Source: Candidatus Magasanikbacteria bacterium RIFCSPHIGHO2_01_FULL_41_23
GTDB lineage: Bacteria > Patescibacteriota > Patescibacteriia > Magasanikbacterales > UBA922
Direction: 5' to 3'
Assembly: GCA_001782805.1 (NCBI GenBank)
Contig: MFPT01000008.1
Coordinates: 13,162-77,161, forward strand
Length of the DNA: 64,000 bases
Shown: positions 1 through 7,109 of the stretch, in pieces
How the letters are laid out: every line of letters begins with the position of its first letter
Position numbering within the stretch: the first letter of the stretch is position 1
Notes under the pieces: model-generated
The model's database searches: none
What the model saw: only the letters and a program-made list of their open reading frames with translations
Told to the model about the DNA's origin: nothing
Made by a program: the position numbers and the translations under genes

Positions 1-2
1 CT

Positions 3-2096
3 GCTGAAGTTCGTGACGTGGTTCACCGCGCGCGTAAATTATATTTACTGGCCGGTTTGGAATTGGAACAAGTTGATATCAAAAAAACAGCCGAAAGTCA
101 GATTGAAAAATTAACGGGTAAAAAAATCGGTTGGCGCAAATTTGTCTATGGAGCCGGTGGGGCAATTGGCGGTTTGCTTCTTGGTAAAGGAATTGAAGCG
201 TATAGAAATCTGATGGGTTTTGGGCAACCAACCGAGAGCTTTAAAACTACAGAGGATAATACTGCTGTGGCTAACCATGAAGCCGTCGCGCCAACAGTTG
301 TTGTGGCACCAGCTTTAGAAGCGCTTGAACCAGCATCACCAGAAGTTCCAGTTGAATCTGGTCCGGCACCAATCCAAAATATTTTTTCTGAAGCACTTAC
401 CGCTGGCAAAGGACATACCAGCACATTGGCTATGCTTGATGATGCCCGAGGAATGGAAACTCAGGGATTATCTGATGATTTGTCTGCAAAATGGGAAGCT
501 CTAACAAAATCTCCCGGCAAATTCCACACTTGGGAAATGCAACAGCTCAAAGATTTGGGCTATGTGTACAAAGATGGCCAATGGGGACATCCATTTACTG
601 TTCTTACTGGCGCCAAGCTAAATATATCTTGGGATGAAGCGGCCAATAATGGCCAAGGTGGTTTTAAAGCCGAATACGAAAAACATGATTTGGGTTTTAG
701 CGAGGCGCAAAAACGTGGGGGAGTACATTTCCGTGATTCTGGTGCTGGCAAAAATACTGCGTCACCCAATGTAGAAGCAAGTGCAAAAGCCGAACGAGTT
801 TTGCCAACAGGAACCAAAGAAATGTCTCCCGCAGATAAGTCAGCGTTCTTGACACAGTATAAATCTCAATTTCAAGGATTATCTACCACCGAACAGACTT
901 CAGGCAACACTTCACCAGACACTCAAAAAATCCAAATTGATCCTACAAAAAATCATTTTGAATTGTATCCAAATGATGTCGTGGGAGAACAAACGCCAAT
1001 AGTTCCCCGAGGAGTTCCCATTACCGGAGTGGAATTTTTTAATAACGGAACTTTGGCCATGAGTTTTGACGGATCAAATAAGTCTGTGCTTCTTGAACCA
1101 GTTTTGTCCGGATCAAACGAAGTTATTAAATTTATGCCTGTTAGTGCGGCTCGTGAGGCATTACCTTCTGTTACTAACACGGCTCCAAATAGTTCGGTAA
1201 ATCTTGGATATAGTGGAAGAGTGGCTAGTGCCGGAGGCGGTGGAGTTGCGCGCATGGCATTTTATGAATCCTACAAAAATTCCGCCAATGCTCCTGCGAC
1301 AAATGCGACAAGAGTCGAGTCAGGAGGAGGGAAAGCGGATACTGTTGAAGCGCCGAAAGCTGTTGAAAACAAGCCAGAAGTGCCTAAAGCTGGTGAAGTT
1401 AAATCAGGTGCAAGTGGTGCGGATAAAGCTGTTAAACCAGAAGTTGTTAGTGACAAAAAAATAGTTGGAGGGGCAAGCGCGGAAACAGAACCTGTTGATG
1501 ACCGATCTCGGGCTGAGGCATCATCAAAAACCGACAAAATTTTAACAAATGAACAAATTGGCAAAGCAATTGCAGGTTTTGAAAGGCAAATTAGGGTAAA
1601 TTTTATTGACGATATACAAGGATCAGGCACGAATATTCAGAGATTATGGAAAGACGTTCAAGATGGTTTAGTAACTTTGGCAGCAACCGACAACAATTTA
1701 AAAACTATTCTTTCTATCCCAGATGAAATTGATCGTGCTGCAGCAATCATGGGTTATATTGAGAATAGCCCCCGATTCACACCTGATCAAAAATTACTAC
1801 TGACACCGTTTGAGGGTAATGAAGAAACTACAAGAGAAATTCTCGTTGAAGCTAAAGGTAATACAGGATTGGAAAGAACATCTGCTTTAGTGGCACCAGA
1901 TGACACTGGTCGTGGAGTCAAGGTTTTTTATAAGGGGAACGAATATTTTTTTACCGTAGATACTGGAACTATAGGGTATAATAGACAAGGCTTGGTGGTT
2001 GTACATCAACCTGGTGCTGAGGATCTATTGTTGGGTTTACATATTGAGGAGAATACCAAGCCAACTTTAAAATTTTTACAAATCAAGAATACCTAA
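3..2096 (+). CDS. Large hypothetical protein, 5'-truncated by the window edge; one Gly-rich hydrophobic segment followed by low-complexity linker regions
   Basis: Frame open from base 3 to TAA at 2096; GAGGAIGGLLLG segment; P/E/K/A-rich linkers; native AT-rich codon usage. Confidence 0.8.
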   Translation, partial: AEVRDVVHRARKLYLLAGLELEQVDIKKTAESQIEKLTGKKIGWRKFVYGAGGAIGGLLLGKGIEAYRNLMGFGQPTESFKTTEDNTAVANHEAVAPTVVVAPALEALEPASPEVPVESGPAPIQNIFSEALTAGKGHTSTLAMLDDARGMETQGLSDDLSAKWEALTKSPGKFHTWEMQQLKDLGYVYKDGQWGHPFTVLTGAKLNISWDEAANNGQGGFKAEYEKHDLGFSEAQKRGGVHFRDSGAGKNTASPNVEASAKAERVLPTGTKEMSPADKSAFLTQYKSQFQGLSTTEQTSGNTSPDTQKIQIDPTKNHFELYPNDVVGEQTPIVPRGVPITGVEFFNNGTLAMSFDGSNKSVLLEPVLSGSNEVIKFMPVSAAREALPSVTNTAPNSSVNLGYSGRVASAGGGGVARMAFYESYKNSANAPATNATRVESGGGKADTVEAPKAVENKPEVPKAGEVKSGASGADKAVKPEVVSDKKIVGGASAETEPVDDRSRAEASSKTDKILTNEQIGKAIAGFERQIRVNFIDDIQGSGTNIQRLWKDVQDGLVTLAATDNNLKTILSIPDEIDRAAAIMGYIENSPRFTPDQKLLLTPFEGNEETTREILVEAKGNTGLERTSALVAPDDTGRGVKVFYKGNEYFFTVDTGTIGYNRQGLVVVHQPGAEDLLLGLHIEENTKPTLKFLQIKNT

Positions 2097-2154
2097 TGTT
2101 TTTGCCTCATTTTAACTAAGATATAGTATACACAACTTATCCTCATTATAGGCC

Positions 2155-2183
2155 TTGACAAAAGTTCTATTTTTTGGTATTCT
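2155..2183 (+). promoter_or_regulatory. Sigma70-type promoter with extended -10
   Basis: TTGACA (2155-2160), 17 nt, TATTCT (2178-2183) preceded by TGn; predicted start ~2189 coincides with the first base of a hairpin. Confidence 0.75.
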
Positions 2184-2282
2184 CACCAGTCAATTTAAAT
2201 GGTAAGTTGTGGGAAGAATCCTACCTTACCTATTGACGCCGCTCATTACAAATAATTTATCTGGAAAACAATCAGCAGAGCT

Positions 2283-2415
2283 TTCCTGGTGGCTAACAAG
2301 CAAAGAATTTTTTCTTTCTTTATTACCCACCAGGAAAACCACCCCATCAGGGGGCTTTGCCTCGACTTGGTCGGGACGAAGTTTACTTCATCCCGAAGGT
2401 CGGGGTGAGCTTCCT
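2283..2415 (+). ncRNA. Putative structured leader RNA motif, copy A (unknown family)
   Basis: TTCCTG..CAGGAA hairpin, ACCCC-N4-GGGG hairpin, long stem ending GGGGTGAGCTTCCT; same architecture and length as 4951-5082. Confidence 0.7.
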
Positions 2416-2701
2416 ATGTGGATACGAGGGTTACCTAAACATACGATTCGTCGTACTGGGTTTTCCCCTCGGCTTGGACTAGATCTGAACTTTTCTCACG
2501 CCAATACTTGTGGAGTGACCGGCATCCAGACATGAAGTTTGGATTCGCTACCGCGATTAACTCCCCGTTCCCACCGTGGAACAAGGGAATCGTGCAAGCG
2601 TTAAAGCTGTGAACAACAACAAGGAGTGATGAGAGCTCATAGAAGGTTTGAGTGGTGTTTCATTCAACGACGGGGCTTTCGAAAAGCCCCAGGAGTCACT
2701 C

Positions 2702-3442
2702 ATGAACTGCACCGCTGGACATCTCCTCCCGACCCCGACTCCCGCCTTCTGCCCGACCTGCGGGGTGGCCGTCGTCGCCCCCCCCCCGACCACCTTGACG
2801 GTGACCATCCCGGTCACTGTTCCCCCTGCCAACCTCACGTTCGGGGGGTTGACCCCCCCCCCGACCACCGGGACGACGGCGACCGCGGCGACCACGACCC
2901 CGACGGGCTTCTGCCCCGACTGGATCGTCCGCGGTCTGATCCTCCTGCTCCTTCTGGCCGTCGCCTATGGTCTGATCAAGACCGAGAACCACGCGACGAA
3001 GCAGGACGTGGCCGAGGTCGGGCTGACCACCAACGCCATCCTCGCGATCAGCGTGGAGGCGAGTGGAGCCAGCGTCGACGAGAACGGGACCTACATCGTC
3101 CCGCGTCTCGCGGGGAAGGCCGACCTCGCTGGTCTGGCGAAGAAGTCGGATCTCTCCGGTCTCGCGACCAGTTCGGCTCTGACGGCGCTCGGCAACGAGG
3201 TCGACGGCAACGAGGCGGCGCGAAAGGCCGACGCGAAGGCCTTCCGATCGGCGGTCTACCGCGCCTCGAAGCGGCACGCGACGGCTCTCGCCGCGCTTCC
3301 GCCGCCTGCCACGACCGACCTTTCCGGCCTCGCGACGAAGCAGGACGTGGCCGAGATTCGCGCGGCGATCGACGACGCCCGCGCCCAGGTCGTCGTGACG
3401 CCCGCCGCCCTCCCCCTGCCCGCCCTGCCCGAGGCGCCCTAA
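2702..3442 (+). CDS. High-GC membrane protein: N-terminal Zn-ribbon-like motif, P/T linker, one TM helix, ATKQD-type coiled-coil repeats
   Basis: AGGAG at 2691 six nt before ATG 2702 (in frame with ORF 2648..3442); CTAGH...CPTCG; GLILLLLLAVAYGLI; ATKQDVAE twice; strong GC3 bias in this frame. Confidence 0.8.
   Translation: MNCTAGHLLPTPTPAFCPTCGVAVVAPPPTTLTVTIPVTVPPANLTFGGLTPPPTTGTTATAATTTPTGFCPDWIVRGLILLLLLAVAYGLIKTENHATKQDVAEVGLTTNAILAISVEASGASVDENGTYIVPRLAGKADLAGLAKKSDLSGLATSSALTALGNEVDGNEAARKADAKAFRSAVYRASKRHATALAALPPPATTDLSGLATKQDVAEIRAAIDDARAQVVVTPAALPLPALPEAP
2992..3355 (+). repeat. 25-bp exact direct repeat (2992-3016 and 3331-3355) encoding ATKQDVAE
   Basis: cgcgacgaagcaggacgtggccgag read at both positions. 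Confidence 0.9.
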
Positions 3443-3717
3443 AGCGCAGGGCAACAAACCCCTCCAGATAAACGCCCACCCGACGGTCGTGCAGCGCAAT
3501 AGCGTAGCACGACCGTCCCTCAACCTTTCTTCATCAACCTAATTGGTGGAGAGCTATATGAGGCTACCAGTTCTTTAAAAAATTTTGCACACAGAAGAGT
3601 GATATTGACAGAACGCCATTTGGCGCAAGTTTAAATAGTAGTCTTCTGTGTGCGAATCAATCTACATTAACCGTAACCGCAACCGCCCCGTGGTCGGGGC
3701 AAGACTGGAGTTGAAGC

Positions 3718-4362
3718 GTGAAGGCGACTTTTTTTTCTTTGCTTTTTTTTCTTTTCCTCAACAACACCCTCAACCCCCGGCTCGCCGCCGGCCAGACGCC
3801 TCCGACCACGACCGTCAGCTGTCTCGGCTGCACGGTGCGGGTGCATCTGCCCCCTCCCGTCGCCCCCCTCCCGTCGCCGTTGCCTCGTGTCCACCTGTCG
3901 GTCGGCGCCAGTGGGGTTTACCTCACGGGCACCACGCTCGGGCAGTACGGATCCGGTTCCGGCGAAGCGAACGTTGAGTTCGTGTTCCCCCTCGGACGAG
4001 TGCGTTGGTTCGAGATTATCGGGCAAGCCTCGTTCGGCGGTGCCTCCGGTGTTCTCTCGGGCTCGGGATCGGTCGGTCTCGGATTCGTCCTCAACGGCGA
4101 CTCGGACATCCGACCGCTCGGCAGCACCCGCCTCTCGACCCTCTTCACCACCCGCGGCCGCGGAACCGGAGACTCCCAGGACTTGCTCACCCTCGGTGGC
4201 AAGCTCCAAATCAACGTCTCGCTCGGTACTACGGCAGGTGTCCAGTGGAATTACTTCCTCGCCTGCGAGGCAGGTAGTTCCATCTATAAGGACGCTGACG
4301 GTCGATCTCACAACGACGGCTGGTACGTCGCTCCCTCCACTGGCCTCCTCCTCCGCCTCTAG
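3718..4362 (+). CDS. High-GC secreted protein, probable small outer-membrane beta-barrel-like fold
   Basis: GGAG 7 nt before GTG; signal peptide MKATFFSLLFFLFL; alternating strands (VHLSVGASGVYL, ANVEFVF, GSVGLGFVL, KLQINVSL, AGVQWNYF, GLLLRL-end). Confidence 0.7.
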   Translation: MKATFFSLLFFLFLNNTLNPRLAAGQTPPTTTVSCLGCTVRVHLPPPVAPLPSPLPRVHLSVGASGVYLTGTTLGQYGSGSGEANVEFVFPLGRVRWFEIIGQASFGGASGVLSGSGSVGLGFVLNGDSDIRPLGSTRLSTLFTTRGRGTGDSQDLLTLGGKLQINVSLGTTAGVQWNYFLACEAGSSIYKDADGRSHNDGWYVAPSTGLLLRL

Positions 4363-4579
4363 CGCCCCCCCTACACCCCACCTTGTGCCCCCCCGCACCG
4401 TAAGAGATGGCATCGCAAGACGTCATCAATTCGGTCATCGGCACCCCCGCGCGTCGCAAGACCTCGGGATCCCTCTGGGTTAATGAGTTTGACTCGTTAA
4501 TCAAGAAGGATAATGTTCATTAAAACAAAATAAAAAAACAACCTTGTTATTTTCAAAGTTGTTTGATTTATTTATGTAG

Positions 4580-4652
4580 TGGACCGGACGGGAGTTGAAC
4601 CCGCGCCACTCCGTGTCAAGAGGAGCATGCTGACCGTTAACACTACCGACCC
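4580..4652 (-). tRNA. tRNA, most likely Val(GAC), with an atypical anticodon arm; CCA not encoded
   Basis: GGGTCGG/CCGGTCC acceptor stem, D-arm GTGT..GCAT, T-arm GCGGG-TTCAACT-CCCGT, 4-nt variable loop, anticodon arm CTCC-TCTTGACAC-GGAG; TATAAT upstream (4674-4679, minus strand). Confidence 0.8.
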
Positions 4653-4950
4653 ATAATCCACTACACAAATGAGATTATACTACAAAACTCTTCCGGATGG
4701 AAGAGTCGTAGTGACACGGAGTATGAACCGGCATTTGCCAGCTTGTCCTCTATGTAAGTTAGAATAACACGAGGGGAATTGATTGTCAAAATTGTCAATG
4801 TGTATAACTGTCGCCCGCGCTTTGTTTCTAACATTTAGAACCAGAGCACGCGTGATAACGCGATCGACTTGCTTTAAACTTGTTTATTCTGAGCATATCG
4901 AAGAGTCGAAGAGATCTTTACAACATAAGCAAATATTTTAATTAATACAA

Positions 4951-5082
4951 TTCCTGTGAAGCAAAATGCTGACTACAATAGTCATCAGCTTGCCTCACAG
5001 GAATAGCACCCCGCTTGGGGAGCGAACCCCGACTCGGGGGTGAAGTTCTGCTTTACTCCGGCTAGTCTGGGGTGAGCTTCCT
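4951..5082 (+). ncRNA. Putative structured leader RNA motif, copy B (unknown family)
   Basis: TTCCTGTGA..TCACAGGAA, ACCCC-GCTT-GGGG, long stem ending GGGGTGAGCTTCCT; compensatory differences relative to copy A. Confidence 0.7.
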
Positions 5083-5125
5083 GGCGGAAGGTATGTTCTG
5101 TTCTGTTTTTTTTCGGAGGTGTCTT

Positions 5126-6817
5126 ATGGCGAAGTTCGCCATCAACATCGTCGGCCTCTTGGCCGTTGCCCTCGTGGGGTGTATGCCTCACGTGGATTCC
5201 AACAACCCCAATCCCTCCTCGGTGGTGGTCAACACCGGGGACAACATCAGTCTGACCGTCGACCACGATGGCGACGGCTGGACCGACTTCAAGGACAAAG
5301 TGGAGGCCTGTCTGGCCACCACCTCGTCCAAGAAGGAGTACGACATGTGTCTCGACCAGTTCGAGGTCGCCCTCATGACGGGGGCGCTCAAGACCGGTGA
5401 CTGCGACGACGACAACGCGCTCGTTAAGCCGGGAGCGATCGAGGTGTGCGACGGCAAGGACAACAACTGTGTTGGCGGCGTAGACGAGGGATGCACGGAC
5501 GCATCCTGCGCCGACACCAACGCGTGTACCGACGACGACTTCGTCGTGGGCAAGGGGTGTGAAAACACCACCAAGTCCTGCGACGACGGCAACGTCTGCA
5601 CGACGGATTCGTGCAACCCCGCGACCGGCTGCACGACGACGCCGAACACGGTCATCTGCAACGACGGCGACGCGTGTACGGACGACAACGTCTGCTTTCA
5701 AGGCGCCTGCATCAGCGGCGCCGAGAAGGACTGCGACGACGGTAACGTCTGTACGACCGACGCGTGCAACCCCGCGACCGGCTGCACGACGACGCCGAAC
5801 ACGGCCACCTGCAACGACGGGAACGTCTGCACGACCGGCGACGTCTGCAAAGACAGCGCCTGTACGACAGGGCTGGTCGTCACGATCTGTGACGACAAGA
5901 ACCCGTGTACCACGGACTCGTGTGACCCGAAGATGGGTTGCAAAAACGTGGACACCGTCGACGGCTCGTGTTGCTTCGGCAACACAGGCAAGTACGGCGA
6001 TGCGTTCTGTGTCCCGTCCGAGCCGAAGCCTCCCTCCTCCCTCCCTCTTCCAACCGGTTACAAGTGGGGGTGCATGGGCGGCGCCACCGTGTCCTCTCCT
6101 GGCCACTGTACGAGTTGCAAGGAGGCGGACGACGACGGTGTCTGCGCGATCGGGGAGCTCTGCTCGAACGATCTCGACGACGACGGCGACGGACTCGTTG
6201 ATTGCGAGGACAGCGAGTGCGCGGCCAACACGGCGTGCAACCCGGTCTGTGCGACTAACGCCGACTGCGACGACGCCGATCCGACCACGGTTGACACCTG
6301 CACCCTCACCGGGTGCTGGCACGTCAAGCCGGTTCCTCCCGCCTGCACTCCGGCCTGCGCTGGCAAGACTTGCGGCGACGACGGCTGTGGCGGATTCTGC
6401 GGTGCATGTATCGGCGGGCAAATCTGCCAGCTCGGTGCGTGCGTCGCTCCACCCTCCACGTCTGAGTGCGTGGTCGACAACGACTGCGCGCCCGGCGGCC
6501 AGTACGCCAAGTGCTGGCAGGGGAAGTGTGTCCAGGTCTTGCCGGGTTCCTGCGGACCTTTCTCTATCTCGGTGATCGCACCGAGTGCAAAGAAAGTGGA
6601 TCTGGAATGGTACAAGCAGAGTGGTCCAGCCTCCACGACGGAGTCGGTGAGCACGGGTACCTTCAACAGCCACACCGGCGAGTGCTCGGTCGTGGCCTGG
6701 GGGTTCGTCGCCCCCAACGGGTGCACGTGCGAGTCCCTCTACGGGACGTCGCCCTGCGGTCAGCAACCTGCCTCTCCTGGGGTCTACGGATGCTGGCATA
6801 ACAAGCCGGCTCAGTAG
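5126..6817 (+). CDS. High-GC Cys-rich repeat lipoprotein (MopE-like metal-binding motif, Dictyostelium/myxobacterial CxDGNxCTxDxC repeats)
   Basis: GGAGGT at 5115-5120, ATG 5126; lipobox LVGC; GDCDDDNALVKPGAIEVCDGKDNNC; repeated CDDGNVCTTDSC; CGDDGCGG motif. Confidence 0.9.
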   Translation: MAKFAINIVGLLAVALVGCMPHVDSNNPNPSSVVVNTGDNISLTVDHDGDGWTDFKDKVEACLATTSSKKEYDMCLDQFEVALMTGALKTGDCDDDNALVKPGAIEVCDGKDNNCVGGVDEGCTDASCADTNACTDDDFVVGKGCENTTKSCDDGNVCTTDSCNPATGCTTTPNTVICNDGDACTDDNVCFQGACISGAEKDCDDGNVCTTDACNPATGCTTTPNTATCNDGNVCTTGDVCKDSACTTGLVVTICDDKNPCTTDSCDPKMGCKNVDTVDGSCCFGNTGKYGDAFCVPSEPKPPSSLPLPTGYKWGCMGGATVSSPGHCTSCKEADDDGVCAIGELCSNDLDDDGDGLVDCEDSECAANTACNPVCATNADCDDADPTTVDTCTLTGCWHVKPVPPACTPACAGKTCGDDGCGGFCGACIGGQICQLGACVAPPSTSECVVDNDCAPGGQYAKCWQGKCVQVLPGSCGPFSISVIAPSAKKVDLEWYKQSGPASTTESVSTGTFNSHTGECSVVAWGFVAPNGCTCESLYGTSPCGQQPASPGVYGCWHNKPAQ

Positions 6818-7109
6818 GTTCCCTCCCACCTCACGATCTCGTACGCAAGTACTTGAGATCACCACGCCACCTGTCGTGAAGAAAACAACAGGCAATCCAC
6901 ATTTTTTATTTTTCTATTAAGGAAAGTAGAAAGTGCAGATTCAAATAATCCTCTTTACAATTTAGGTTTTAACTAGGCCAGTGATTATAACAGTAATAAT
7001 TTAGTGTTTTAATCGCTGGCTTAGTTTTGTTTTACCGCATGAGGGATTTCGTAGCTGGCATTCCTTACACCAAAATGCGGTTCAACTGCAAACGAGCAAG
7101 GAGCTCCAA

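Noticed and set aside
2209-2535. 108-aa ORF in the leader region
   Set aside because: No SD or recognisable motif; overlaps an element conserved at the RNA-structure level whose second copy does not keep this ORF
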